Origin: Okamejei kenojei
Lineage: Eukaryota
Assembly (NCBI GenBank): GCA_035221665.1
Contig: CM069163.1
Location: 13,454,001 to 13,518,000 of the forward strand
DNA length: 64,000 bases
Reading direction: 5' to 3'
Every line of letters begins with the position of its first letter. Positions within the stretch are counted from its first letter, which is position 1. The notes beneath the pieces were generated by a model. That model was given only the letters and a program-made list of their open reading frames with translations, did not search any database and was not told the DNA's origin. A program made the position numbers and the translations under genes. This document shows, piece by piece, positions 26,551 through 41,500 of this stretch.

Positions 26551-29500
26551 GTGAACACAAGTGCAAGCTCAGCTGTGTGGCTTTGCTTATTTTTAAATGT
26601 TTTGTATGAGCACTCAGATTGATAGTTATAAATTTAATGCAGTTTTTAAAAAAAAGAAACAAGTTTTAGATTTCTAACTATAGAATATATATATAAATTC
26701 TATAGTTAGAAATCTACATACAAGTGCTTTACATTTATAGAATCTACATATGTGCTTTACATTTTTTGTGAATTTGACAGTCTTCAAAAGTTAATGTGAT
26801 AACCTTTTTTCTTTTAATAGGGTTACATATTGTACATGTTGAATCTTTTAAAAATGTGGTTGTACAAATACTGTCTTGTTGCCAATCAGTGGGATTTTAC
26901 TGTCTTGAGGAGTCTGTGAAATTATTTGTCACATATTATTGTAGAACAATCTTTGTACATTCCCAAACTAATTGTGACGTAATAAGCATAATAAATTACA
27001 TAGGATATAAGGCAGAGAAATGGACTATTCGGTGGTTAGTCTAAACTGGCGCCTGCTTTCCTCTGTGGTCTCCCATCCTTTCTTTTCTCAATCTATTTGC
27101 ACAATCCTCTGCTCACTCTTTCTTCTCGTGCTTGTTTAGTGTGAAAAAAAATCTTTCTTCAGGGTAGAGTGGTTTTCATGCCCAAGTACAATTAATTTAA
27201 TAATAGTCGAGTTTATTGTCATATGCATAAATATGGTGAGATAAAGACACAATGAGAATCTTGTAGCATGCAGACTCAGTCAACATACTTCAGATTTCCT
27301 TTTTATTTTGTTGATGATCATTTACTTTTATTGTGTACTTGGGAAATATTGACACTGTTGTGATCTGTTCTACAGGAAGTGACCTCACAGCTGCTAATTT
27401 GAGTGTCACAGAGACGCCACGGGAAACTTGTGAGATGTTTGCAGATGGTGAAACCAATGGTTCTTGTGGAGAGAGTGAAGAAGCATCTTCAACAATGAAT
27501 CATCAAATGTCAATTAAAAGCACTCAGGACATTGTGAAAACAGCATTGCAGGATTTAAACGAACTGAAACAGATAAATGAAAATGGAATACTCGGAGAAG
27601 ACAATAAGACAGTTAAAGCAAGTAATCATATGAATTCAGATGATTTGACACGAACATCGGTGACCGGAAGTAATGGATTTGTTTTGAATAGTAAACCCTT
27701 ATCGCAGGTACAGACTGGGCCTCCTCCCGTATTCAGTCATGCTGCCAAAACACTTCCTTCATCTCCCAGCAAAGCTAGAGGAATTAACATGGTAAAAAAC
27801 ATAAGTACAGCATTAGCTGCCGAAGTTCTGCAAAACCAAGCCATGAAATCGCTTACTCTGGCATCAGCCAAATCAGGAGAAGAAAACCTCGAAGAAAACA
27901 CATCTCAGGCTAAAAAACTTTCACAGGGCCTCAATACTGAGGTCAAGGTTCATCGAGCAAGGAAGACTCTGCCTAAGCTCAATCCGAATCAGGTAAGAAG
28001 CTTAATCTTCAAAAGGTATTTGTACGGTTATCATTTTTTGCACAAATTATCTCATTTGAAATAGGCTGCTTGAATTACTCGGATAAGGATTGATCAGCAT
28101 TAGCAATGTAAGGAATTATTTATTTTTATAGAAAATAATTAACAATTGGTTTTGCAATGGAAGATGCATAATGTATTAAATATGCATTATGTATATACAT
28201 TGTCTAAAGCCACAGAATCTTCAGTTAGATTCACCTTGATGTAATTCTAATAATTGTTTAACTCCTACTATGAGCTTTCATAAATTGGCTGCCCTTGTAA
28301 TCTAAATCAAATGCTGACAGAGCTGGTGTGTGAAGAATGTTGATAGGTTATTTGGATTAGTACTGTTTGGGGTGGAAAAAAGTGAACACTTTTGAGATGC
28401 TTAGAGTCAAGATTGTTCTGCCCAGAAATGGATCTTTTTGCACAAAACATTCATACTAAACCTCCTGCCAGTCATTCTAATCCTATGTACGTACATTAGA
28501 TCTGCAACTTTCTATCCCAGTTTAAATATTTCCAAAACATAATGATTGTGTTTGACAGCAAGTTCCAGATATGTGGGGAAAATGAAACTGTCTTGGATCC
28601 CCTTTATAGTCATAGCATCATACAGCGTGGACACCGGACCGTTGGTCCAACTTGCTCACACTGACCAACATGCCCCATCTACACTAGTCCCACCTTTCTG
28701 TGTTTGGCCCATATCCTTCTAAACCGCTCCAATGCACGTACCTGGGACAGTATTGGCAGTCCCAGGATTTCGGTGTTTCAGACAAGATAAAGAGGAAGGT
28801 AAAAGAGGTGGAGGAGTTGCTTTGTTAATCAGGAAAAATGTCACGGCGGCACTCGAGGGTTTGTCCACTGAGCAATATGGGTAGAGTTAAAAATACACAA
28901 TGTGCAATCAATCTAATGGGATTATACTATAGAACTCTCATTAGCCAGTGAGAGAAAAAGGAACAGATATGTAGATATTATGAAAAGATGCAAAAGCAAG
29001 AGAATTGTTGTTGTGGTCGACTTCAGGTCATCCAATATTAATTGGTACTTGCTCAGCACAAAAGACTTGTACATGGCAGAACTTGTTAGGTGTATTCAAG
29101 GGTGACCTGTGACCATTTGAAAATGGTGCGGCAGATTGAGAAACTGGTTTAAAAAAAACAGATAGTGTACTTCATAAATGGAGACCTAGAGTGCAAAAGT
29201 AAGGAAGTCACAATGAACCTTTATGGAAACACTAGTTTGGCCACAATTGGGGTTGTTTCCAATTTGGGGTACAACACTCCAGGAAAGAATTAAAAGCTTT
29301 AGAAAGTCTAAAATGGTGTCAGTGATGAAGGATTTTAATGAAACATATAGACTGGAGAAGCTGGGGATTTCCTCCTTGGCACAGGGGTGGTTGTTACGGC
29401 ATCTGATAGAGGTACCATAGTTGTGGAAGTATCGATAAAGAAAAACTGTTCCATTGGCAGAGTAGTCAGGAACTAGGGGACATGGAATGCAGGTAAAAGG

Positions 29501-32500
29501 CAAAAGAACCAGAACTGAAAAAAGGAGAAATTTACATGATTGGATTAGGGTTTGGAATGCATTGCTAGAGGTATAATGAAGACAGTTTCAACTGCTGCAT
29601 TCCAAAGTGAATAGTGTAAAGAATTTGCAGAGCTGTGCAGATAGAGCAGGTCAGTGGAAAGATTCTAACTGGATTGTTTGCATATTAATCTGGTCTAATT
29701 TACAAGAGGGAATGGCTTCCTTGCATGCTGTAACAACTCCATGAAATGAGATTTAAGACCTTTATTTGGACATTCCTGTTTTCTACTTTTTCCAGAAAAA
29801 CGGCATGTTCCTCTTTTTGGTTATAATTATTTATTCTATAGTACTTTTGTAAATGACTCTTCACATCCATTCTCTTATATCAATATCCTGTAATCTTTCT
29901 GTAATCTTCAAAAACACCAACCCCCATTCTCAGACAGAAATAAAATGAGAGCTGCGATGAAGATCAGGTCATTGCTGATGGAAAGATAGCGCTGTTTCCT
30001 GACTTTATATTAATGTGAATGGCATGGTGTGGAACGAATTTGCAACTCGGATTGCATTCACAAACAGAATTGAAGTGAATATCAAATAATAATTTCATCC
30101 TTTTTTGATTTTCCCATTGTGGTGAAGATTAAACAGCGATTCAGGTTGGAGGACATGCAAATAAATTGCTGCCTTACTCAAGAGGGTTTAAATTCCCATA
30201 CAACACACACACAAACTACTGAAATCACTGGTGGAGCTTGACCTGTGTGCAGTCCGTTATCTGAATGCAAGTTGTGCAGTTTGCAAATGTCTGGGAAGAT
30301 GTTGATCAGCAGCTTGTGCTGAGAAAGAAAACAGCTTGATTGCAAATTCATGTAATTTTTGTGTCAAACAAGACATTTGCCAGCGTTTTTTAAATGTATG
30401 AGAACTAAATTCAAGTAGTATTCGGCCCTAAACTGGGGGTATGTGGAGAGATCTGTAAAAAGAAAATATTTTAAAAGTTCGCCATTAATTGGTGGTTGGT
30501 GGTAAACACTTCCAAGGTGTATCTGTAAAAGGAGCAGGGGAGTTTATTTATCATGCAACAGCACCAAAATTTATAATTTGGAAATTTCTCACTGTCTGCA
30601 ATATTGCTTGCTCTGTTTCCAAACGTGAAATACTTGATGTTTAAGAACGAACTGCAGATGCTGGAAAATCGAAGTTAGACTAAAATGCTGCAGAAACTGG
30701 TTTGAAAAGGGGTTTCTCCAGCATTTTTGTCCACATTAAATGAAACTTGAAGTTTATCGTATTGCCTTTAAAGTGCTCAGGGACAACTGAGGTAATGAGA
30801 GGTCCTGTATAATTTCAAATTGATCTAAGACTGGGAATTTTTAAATCATGCTGCTAATAATGATAGGAAGAACATGTGAAGTAAATTAAGTGAAAGAAAG
30901 CCCAAGGTAGGTTTTAATATAACTGAACAATATGGAGGACACTGTCTCTATTGCAGTACATTAAGCTCTGAATCACCTTGACAATAAGAACAGCTATGTC
31001 ATTGACTATAGTTCAGCAGACAACACCTTGATAACAAATCAGCTCATCTCTAAATTCCTCACCTTGGCTTTGGGCTTCCATCTGCAACTGGCTTCTTGAG
31101 TTCCTGACCAGTGGACCTCAGTCAGTTAGAATTGATCATAACATTTCCTCCATCCTAAGCCTCAACACTGATGTTCCTCATGGTTGTTTGCTCCGTCCAC
31201 TGCTCTACTCCCTGTAGACCCATGACGTTGTGGCCAAGAACGTGATGATTACATTCAGCGTTAATACCATTGTTATCAGCCAGATCAACAGCAAAGATGA
31301 GGGGGAATACAGAAAAGTGATCAGTAACTTTATGTCAGTGTCAGAAAAACAGCCTAACCCTTAAAGCCAGAAAGACATAACAGTAGGTTATTGACTTAAG
31401 GAAGTAGAAGGTAGCTCATTAACTGAGCAGCTGTAGAGATGGTCAACATCTTCTCGGCATCTATATTACGAACAATCTAACCTGGTCTCACATTGATGGG
31501 TAAATCAGCGTATTTACACTCTTGGGCATCTGAGAAGATTTGGCATATCCACAAGGATTCTAAAGACTCACTATAGGAGGTATTTTGATGAGATGGATCT
31601 TGGGACAGATAGCAACTGCTTTGCTCTAGACTGCATGAACCTTCAGAGAGTGGTGAACATAACCCAATCCATCAAAGGCTCGTTATTTCCTTCCATCCAG
31701 TCCATTTTCATAATGTGTTGCTTCCCTGCCCATTTACAGGAGCTTGAAAACCCAAACGTCCAGTCAAGAACAGCTCCTTTTCCCACTGCTATCAGATGCC
31801 TAAACCAATCACTTCTTTCATACCCGCTTCTCGAAGGTGCTGCCACGTACTCTTCCTATTAACAACGTGCTTTGTATTTTTTGCACTATTTCCAATTGTA
31901 CTACAATCTTTGTACCATCCTGTGGTTTTGCACTCATTGTATTTAGTTTTGTTTTGAATTATTACCGTGCATTCTGTTTATTCTCTGGGCTTCATGCAAA
32001 CAAGGAATGTTACATACTACAGGTGCAATGAAAATTAATCTGAATCTGGTCAATCTTTCCCCCTGTATATTAAACCTTTGCCCTCTAGTTTTAGACAACC
32101 CTACTCTTGGGGAAAAGACTAAGCGTGGGAATGCTCAGCATGCCAGGTAGTATTTAATTACGGGTTAGCATTTTAATTGGAAACTCCTAGACCTGGTGTA
32201 ATGCATAGTAGATACTAATATAGTTGATTTAACTAACCTATGAAACCAAGTTTTCAATTTTTATTGTCATTTTAAATGGTCCTGTTGTAAAAAGTGACTG
32301 GAATGAAAATATTTCCCACAGTAATGCTTAAATAATTTAATTAATAAATATGGAAATAAGAATCTCTTTACAAAAGTAATATCACAAAACATTTTCTTGT
32401 TGCTATGAATTTGTGTTGCCATTACTAGAACACTTGCTTGTGTTTTCTTTGATGTTGATATTTTCAGGGAAAATGTTAATACTACTTTGGCATGACTTCT

Positions 32501-35500
32501 GAGTAGAAANNNNNNNNNNNNNNNNNNNNNNNNNNNNNNNNNNNNNNNNNNNNNNNNNNNNNNNNNNNNNNNNNNNNNNNNNNNNNNNNNNNNNNNNNNN
32601 NNNNNNNNNNNNNNNNNNNNNNNNNNNNNNNNNNNNNNNNNNNNNNNNNNNNNNNNNNNNNNNNNNNTATTATTATTTCGTCCCAAACTAAACTGTGGCA
32701 AATGCTGGTTGGGATGCTTTATGTGGGATTTGTGTGATCCAGTATTAATTTGGATCCTATCATCATATATTTGCCAAATGTAATTTACAAATGATTATCT
32801 ATAATTAACTATATTTGTATGTTAGTGGAAATGGTCTTTCAGGTGTATGGTACGTCTGTGTATCGTATGTGTGAGTGAGATAATATCTGTATTCATCATG
32901 AAAAACAAAAAGATGATCGATAATGAAATATTTTTGGTGTGGATGACCTGTGTCAACAGCGGGGTATCTGAGATCAGCATGCGATGTAATTCAATCCAGG
33001 TACTAGTGAATCTTAAACAATCTAATGAATGTTCAAGTAGGGCCTTCAAATACATAAGACTTTTAGTTTATCCCTCTGGGCTGGATTTAAACCTAATTCA
33101 TTTATGTGAGCAAAGAGTTTAGTTCACTCTCTTGCATTGTTGTAATTGTTTAACTAATGTGCTTGGTGTCGATAGTTTCATGATATCACAAATGGCATTC
33201 ATGTCTGTCACAAAATATCAGTTTATGCAATTTTACAAAAAATATTGTTGTATTAGCTTGTGCTAAAGATGAGTTGCAATGCATTTTGATATGAATGAAG
33301 GGGTCTCATTGGAGATATTTGAGCAAATAATTTAGTTTCCTGAAAGAAACAAGCTTGACCATTAAGTTGGAAATATATAAAACTGTAATTTGGTCTAATA
33401 ATTAGGCTGTCATTATCATAATCTTGTTCTAAATTGTAATAAAATTGCATTTGTCAAAAATGAGATTAAAAGTGGATCCTCTATGAATAGTGGAGACTTC
33501 AATTCAATAATATACATTTGGATAATTTCCAGTCACTAAATCATTCTGTTAACTAAAAAATGCAACTACATAGGTAATGTTCTGGGAAAATACCTTTGTT
33601 GTCAGTGGCAACAAGTGGCATGGTGGCTGCTGCCTCATATCTCCAGTGATCTGGCCTCAATCCTGACCTCGGTTTCTGTCAGTATGGGGGTATTCACTTT
33701 CTCCCTTGGACTCCATGATTTCCTCCTGATGCTCTGATTTTTTTCCATATCCCAAAGACATGTGGGTCTTCTTCTTCTTCTTGCCTATGGCGTGCACAGC
33801 CTAAAGTTGTAGGACAACTTGTTCTATATGATCTTATTTGATTGTGCATGCCGGGTTGACTACATTCGTCAAAACAGTGTGGACCACGTGAAGGTTGCAA
33901 TCTTCCACCCCGACATGTGGGTTGTTAAATTAATTGATCTCTGTAAATTGTCTCCATTGTGTAATAGAATGGTAGAATCTAGGGTCTTTGGTGAGAATGC
34001 TGGAGAATAACATGGGATTACTATAAGATTATTATAAATGGATGCTTGCTGTCTGGCACAGATTTGACAGAAGGCCCTCATTCTGTTGGAATAACTTTGA
34101 CTTGTAAGCTGGTTCCATATCATTGAGCTCCAGTGCATTCATTGTGTGCTTTGTTACCAAACTTACTAAAAATCAAATTTTGCATGACAGAATTGCTGCT
34201 TCTTCCTGGCCACAATACCATAGCCACATTGACAATTTCTCAGAATAAAATTGACCAGCTGACTTAATTGATAACTGTTTTGAAACATTGTCTTGAAAGC
34301 TTGTGTCTGCTTCACTAGAGTTTGGTGCCTTTCCTATATTGCACAACTCTGTATCTTGGAGACTAATGCACTTTGAAACAGCTCTGTGATTATAATTGAA
34401 ATCACAAGTGCCTGTCTGATAATTGACGTTATTAATTGATGGGGGATATCATGATGAAATCAAAATGATGTGGCATAGAGGAATTTTGCCCAATCTTCTT
34501 TAGTAGTCAGTACATCACCCTAAAGGAGGGAATTTGTGCTTGGTGCCAGAATATGCAGGCAAGGCACTAAACAAGGACTTTGCATCTGCATTCACCAATG
34601 AGAACGACATGGAGGGCAATGAGATAAGTGGAGAATACTATTATGCAGTTGAGTAAGGGCATTTTGAGATTAAGAAGGAGGTGGTGTTGTGGACATTTGA
34701 AGGGCCATAAGGTGAAAAAAAAATCACCAATGCTGATGGAATCTATCTTGGGTTTTTATGAGAAGAGAGGTTTTGCCTTGATGAAGATCTTTTCGTCTTC
34801 TCTAGCCACTGTCATGGTCCCAGAGGATTGGAGAGAATGTTGTTCCTTTGTTTAAGAAGGAAAGTACAATCCAGGGAAGGAGAGGCTGGTGAGCCTCATG
34901 TCAGTGGTAGGGAAGCTTTTGGAGATGATTCTGCGGAATATGATTTGGAAGAGAATGGACTAATTAGGGAGAGTCATGGCTTTGTATGTGACAGGACATA
35001 TCTAACTAACGTGATCAAATTTTTTGAGGAGATGACGTAAGTGATCGATGAGGGTAGGGTGATGGATGTTGTCTACATGGGTTTTAGTAAGGCATTTGAT
35101 AAAGTCCCTCATGGTAGCCTGATCCAAAAGGTTAATATGCACAGGATTAACAATGACTTAGTTCTATTGATTCAAAAGTGGCTTACTGATAAAAGACAGA
35201 GGGTTGTGGTGGAAGGCTGGAGGTCCAGAAATATATAAATGACTTGGATGTAAATGTAGGTGGGTTATTGCAGACAACACAGATTGCTGGAGTTTTGGAC
35301 TGTGAGGAAGGCTGTCAAAGTATACAACAGGATATCGATCAGCTACAGGAATGGCAGATGGACTTTAATCTGAGCAAGCGTGAGGTGTTGGGTGGGTGGG
35401 GCATGGAGTATAAGAATCATAAAGTCATGATGCAACTTTATAGGACCTTGGTTCGGCAAATTTGAGTATTGCATGCAATTCTGGTTGCCCGTTATAGGAA

Positions 35501-38500
35501 TGATGTGGAGGCTTTAGAGAGGGCGCAGAAGAGATTTGCCAGAATGACTCTGGATAAGAGGGTATTAGATATAAGGAGAGGTTGGAAAGACTTGGATTGT
35601 TTTCTATGGAATGCTGAAGGGAGATCTGATAGAAGTATATCAAATTATGAGTCATAGACAAAGTAGACAATGAGCATCAGCCAGGATGAAAATATCAAAT
35701 GCTACTGGGCTTTGCTTTCAGGTGAGAGAGCCATGTTTTAAGGAGATGTGCTGGGCAAGTTTATTTTTACACATAGGGTGATGAGTGCTTGGAGCGAGTT
35801 GCTGGGGTGATGATGTAAGTGGCATTTAGATAGGCACATGGATATGCAGGGAATTGACAGATATGGATCATGTGCAGCAGATGAGATTAGTTTATTTTAG
35901 CATCGTTCGGCACAGACATTGTGGGCCAAAGGGCAGTGCTGTACTGTCTCTCTGCTCTTTTCCCAGAAACTCCTCCTGGGGAATTGGAGGTCTAGAACTT
36001 GCTGGTGGAAAATGGAAACTTGCATTTAAAGGATTATCTGCATGAGCTTGTGACATTCTGGGACACCAAATGGATGGACATAGACTGAATGTTGGAAAGT
36101 GTAATCAGTTTGAATAGCTCTTAGGTGGCCTGGAATAGCTGCTGTGCCCAGGTTTTAGATTTTGTGATGGTTGTGGGTTGAAATAAACTATTGATTCTCT
36201 TTGGACGATCAACTTTAAAGAAAGTTAGATTGTTTTACTTGGAAATTGTAAGAAGGTAACAACCAATTCAATCCAATGTACCCATTTTGAATATACTGTT
36301 GACACTGGAAATTAGAAATAAAAATAGAAAATGGTCTTTACATCAGAACCATCACTCCCAGATGTTTCTCTCCACAGATTTTGTCTGATCTGCTCGACAT
36401 TTACATCTTTTTCCACTTCAGATTTCAGTTTCTACTGTGTTTTACTTTTGTTTTATTGTTTAATTTAAAGTTAATGGTAAAATGTAATGGTAACATTTAA
36501 ATTTCATACCATTTCAAGCAGGGTGCAAGGCCACCAAATTCAAGTGCAGTTTCCTACCATTTCAAGCAGGGTGCAAGGCCACCAAAGACAGAGAGTCGTG
36601 ACCTCTCCCTCCCCCATCTTGCAGACTGAGCCACGCCCACACTTCTGGGTTTTATAGTCCCTCCCCCCCTCAGCAGGCAGCAATCAGCATTTTCAAAGCA
36701 TCCAACACTTTAGCATTTTCAAAGCAACCAACACTTTAGCATTTTCAAAGCATCCAACACTTTAGCATTTTCAAAACGACCGACACTTTAGCATTTTCAA
36801 ACAGCATTTTCAAACTACATATCCAAACCACATTAAGGGCACTCACAGTTTAGTAGACATGTGTTCAGTGTTATTCACAGCTCAGACTGTGACGTGACCC
36901 TCTCGCTTCCCCCATCTTGCAGAGACTGACTGAGGCACTCAACACTTCTGGGTTTTATATTCCCTCCCCTCTCTCACTAGAAGGGGCGTGCCTTCATGGC
37001 GTGATGGATAGGAGACGGAATCTCAACATTTTTTAAACATTAATAAGTCTCTTATTTTTCATCGATGGGAAAAATCCTCTTGTCCTGCCCAGCGGAGGGG
37101 GACTGAGTAAGATGGCCAAAAATCATGGCCGTAAGTGGTAAAGTTTTTTCTAAAATCAATATGCAGTGCAAACAGGAAGTGGTCAAGATGATACTTTTAG
37201 CAATATAGATTCAGGGTATTTTAGAATATTAATTCAGAATATTAGTATACTTTTAGTTTCAATAGACTTCACACTTATCGGAAAACTACTGTTCAGACAT
37301 AATATTGTTGATTTCAATACCAATAAATTGCTCATACTTACAATCTTTTCCATCATCACAAGTCTGTCACACCCTTAAGGGGCCGTCCCACTGCAGCGAC
37401 CTAATCCGCGAGTTCAGAAGTGTGTCTTCGACTTTCAAGCTCGAGGACCCTCGCCTGAAAAACATCGAGCTGGATCGACCGTCAGCGATGAAACCACAAG
37501 CTAGATCGGCTGACTGCACACACACACGCACACATACAAATACATCGCAATGGCGGGGGCCTTGGAAAGCGGGGGAGCGCTGTCTGAAATTCACACCCGC
37601 GATGAAGAGGAAGGTAAAAGACAGCTGCACAGTGTATGGTATGTCCTTTAGAGAGCACGGTGGGGGGGGGGGAGCAGGGAGGGGGAGAAGGAATGGAGAC
37701 ACTTTTAAGAAGTCAGACAACGTTTAATAACGTTTAGCGGGCATTTAACCGGTTTTCATTGGTCCTGAAAACTCCAATGAGCCAATTAAAATGCCCGGTC
37801 AGTGAAGGAGATTTCCTACGGCTGCCCTCGACTACCTGTAACTACATAGCAACCCCACTGCACTACGAGTTAAAAAGAACCATGCCAACCAATCTTTACT
37901 CGCGGAAACATTTTCAACATGCTGAAAATAGTTTGAGGCCGCGATTAAGCGGGAACTTCCCTCGAGCATGAAGTAGAGTTCCAGTGATAGGACCTCCTCG
38001 GGCCACGTGTCAACCATGCTGCGAGTTTGAGTCGAGGGCAAACTCTTCTAAACTCGCAGATTAGGTCGCCACAGTGGGACAGCCCCTTAAGGTAGCTTTT
38101 TATTAGTGAGCTACCACACGAGGATTTCATAATATTTTTGCATTACTTCAGTTTTAGCAGCTGAAACTTGTCCTATTTCAAAACCTTGTGAGTAAACTGT
38201 AGTGAAAGCTTTGAGAAAATCATATTTGATCAAGCACTAATTTAAAATTTTCTTGATGGGAGTCAGTTTTGATTCAGTTTATATTTCATACAATGTGCAA
38301 CAGATTCAGCTGAGGATCATTCTATTTATTATTGTATGTGGAATGGTACTTTGCAAACCATAGTGTTAGAAGGCATTAATTTTGTACTTCTACCTTTTTA
38401 AAGCCACCAAACAAAGACCCAAAGGAAGAAGGTGTAAATAGTCTAGAATGTGGGAAAAAACCACCACCTCCTTCATCACCATCATCACCATCACCACAAC

Positions 38501-41500
38501 CAACATCACCACAGAAACAGATACTACCTCAGAATCAGAACAATGCAGCCACTAGTAAACCACAGTCAGGTAATAAGAGAAACTGAACTGGAATACAGTA
38601 AGTTTTATTCAAATATGCATTCATTGTAGCATTCAAGTAATGCAGATATTATAATTTAACAAAATAATTAACGGTAAATATTTTAAAGCTGTAGTTTTGA
38701 GGTAGATATCCTGTAGAAAATTAAAATAAAAATCCTCACAATACTACATTAAAATGTTATGCAATGGCAGAAATGTGTTAAATAGATATAGTATCTTATT
38801 TTAGCTTATATATTTTGATTTAAAACCTAAATACTGAAGACTGATGTGTGTATTCAGAGAGTGCAGAGATTTCCAGTTTAAGTATATGTCTCAATGTATA
38901 ATTATAATAGAGATAAGTGGCACATAAACATGAATGGAAAGCCATACCCATGCAGAGCATACATTTCTTATTAAATATTCAAAATAATTAAAACTTTGAC
39001 AGTGGCTAGGAAGAAGAAAAGAAAAATGGGAACATATAGCCTGGCTCCTAAGAAGAAGACCAAACTGCTAAAACAGCGCACCGTACTTGAAATGTTTCAG
39101 AACATGTCACAGTCTGCATCCGACATGCAGGTGGGTCGTGAAAAGTGTAAACCTTCCACACAGAATTTGTTTTCCATTTCCACTTCAGAAAAACGTGTTA
39201 CAGAGTAGTTAAGGATAGTTATATTTTCAAATTCTGTCTTTTGCTTTGGTTAGATTTGTTTTAATTTGTTGTCCATTTTTGAACAAATTCCAATGTCCAG
39301 TGAGTATTGGTAATGGTTGGGCAAAGTTCCACCAAGATCATCCTTTGTCCTTCTTAAAATGTTTGTGGGGTTCAATTTTGCTTGACAAAACTGCACTCTG
39401 CAACTTCACTTAAAACACAGCACCCTTTATTTTTGTTAATGTTAATTTGTCTTAAATTGAGGAAGAAGTTGCTTTCAGTGTAATGGAAGATCTTGTTAGA
39501 TCTGAAGAGTTTATGTTTCAATAAAAAAAACATCTGATTGGTAGGTCTTTAAAAAAACTTGTTGGTTTTTACAATCTACTGTTGGCAAATTCTGACTAAA
39601 ATATTTTTCGCCCATTCTTAATTATAAATGATTTATGGTATTAGTATTTTTCTACTTATGGGGCATAGAAAACATAGAAAATAGGTGCAGGAGGAAGCCA
39701 TTCGGCCCTTCGAGCCAATATCCCTTGACTCCACTAGCCCCTAGAGCTCTATCTAACTCCCTCTGAAATCCATCCAGTGACTTTGCCTCCACTGCCCTCT
39801 GTGGCAGGGAATTCCATAAATTCACAACTCTCTGGGTGAAAAAGTTTTTTCTCACCTCAGTCTTAATTGACCTCCCCTTTATTCTAAGACTGTGACCCCT
39901 GGTTCTGGATTCGCCCAACACTGGGAACATTTTTCCTGCATCTAGCTTGTGCAGTCCTTTTATAATTTTATGTTTCTATAAGATCTCCCTTCATTCTTTG
40001 TAACTCCAGTGAATACAAGCCTAGTCTTTTCAATGTTTCCTCATTTGACAGTCCCGCCATCCCAGGGATCAATCTCGTGAACCTACGCTGCACTGCCTCA
40101 ATCACAAGGATGTCCTTCCTCAATTTAGGAGACCAAAACTGTATGCAATACTCCAGATGTAGTCTCACCAGAGCCCTATACAACTGCAGAAGAACCTCTT
40201 TACTCCTATACTGAAATCATCTTGTTATGAAGGCCAACATTCCATTAGCTTTCTTCACTGCCTGCTGTACCTGTAAGCCAACTTTCAGTACAAGGACGCC
40301 CAGGTCACGCTGCACCTCCCCCTTACCTAACCTGATGCCTCAAATAAAATGCTACATTTAATTCAAGATGTTCAGATTGTACCATTGAAGGTAAAACTTC
40401 AACTTAAGACACATGACCACAAAAAAAGAGAAAATATGACACCATAAGAACTATATGTGATTCTTAGAACAGTCACTTAATCGATATATTCATTTTTTTT
40501 CAAGCAAGATCTTGTTGAAGTGATATTTCCTTAACTTAACCCATCTTTGTATCTTTGAAGCAAATTTGGAATTTCTCAAATTTAAAAAAAAGTAAATATT
40601 TGATGCAGTTGTCAGGTCATACCCGTCTGAAGGCAGAGGTAAAGTTAGTATTTTAGTCCAATAAACACGTTATACAAGTTATGAGCAAACAGGCTTCAGT
40701 GGAAGTGATGTAATTGGATAAACTGTAGGAGAATTTTGATGACAAAGGGGTGATACAGCAAAGAAGGTTTTCAATCTTTCTGCTTTTTCAGAAGCCTTCC
40801 CTTTTATCCTTTCCTCTCTTTTCCCTCACTATAGATGGAAAGCAATTGACAACAGTTAATTTTAGTTTTCTCTGCTAAAGCGACGATCAATTCCAATGAC
40901 CTGTTTTTATTTGGATTTTCCAACATTTGCACATTTTTTTGCTTTACATTTTTTGGTTTTATTAAATCCCCAGCATAATTGATACTTTATTTCCCAGTAT
41001 TTAATTTGTTTTGAATTTTGCATTACGGAGGATGAGAGGCAGTTCGTAAAATTGTTGATTTACCCTTCCCATTCCTCTCCCATCTCACTGAGTAAGGACC
41101 ATTTTCCACAATAATTTCTTAAGATAAAAATGTTTGCAATAATAAGCCAGGTTGAATGTGATCAATTTACTCCTGGCCTTAATTTTGATCATAAATGCTG
41201 TAACATTGTTTTAATTACAACCCCTGGCTTGGAATCATTTCTAGAATTCAGAATCTTTACAGGTAAAAAGTTATTCATTGATCAGACTTGAAATTCTTTC
41301 CGAGATTTGTAGTGAGGCATTTGCTGCACCAGAGGGTGCTATGCGTTGGAAGGTTGCATATCAACATGACTAATTGGATGCTTTGGAAATAAAATGAAAA
41401 GTATATGAAAACTGGAACAAAAATAATATAGTTTTCTTTGAAACAGGGTGACTAGGTTATCTGAAGTGGAAAACAATGTCTAGAAATCACTGTTTGCAAT

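Larger units (their letters stand above)
33615..34090 (+). mobile_element. Older tRNA SINE copy hosting ribozyme element copy A
   Basis: tggcatggtggctgctgcctca head; catatcccaaagacatgtgggt|insert|tgttaaattaattg continuation. Confidence 0.7.

Noticed and set aside
32267-32701. 144-aa minus-strand ORF
   Set aside because: Artefact of the N gap.
36686-36815. Regular 26-bp repeats as a CRISPR or iteron array
   Set aside because: No spacers; internal VNTR of a Helitron-like element.
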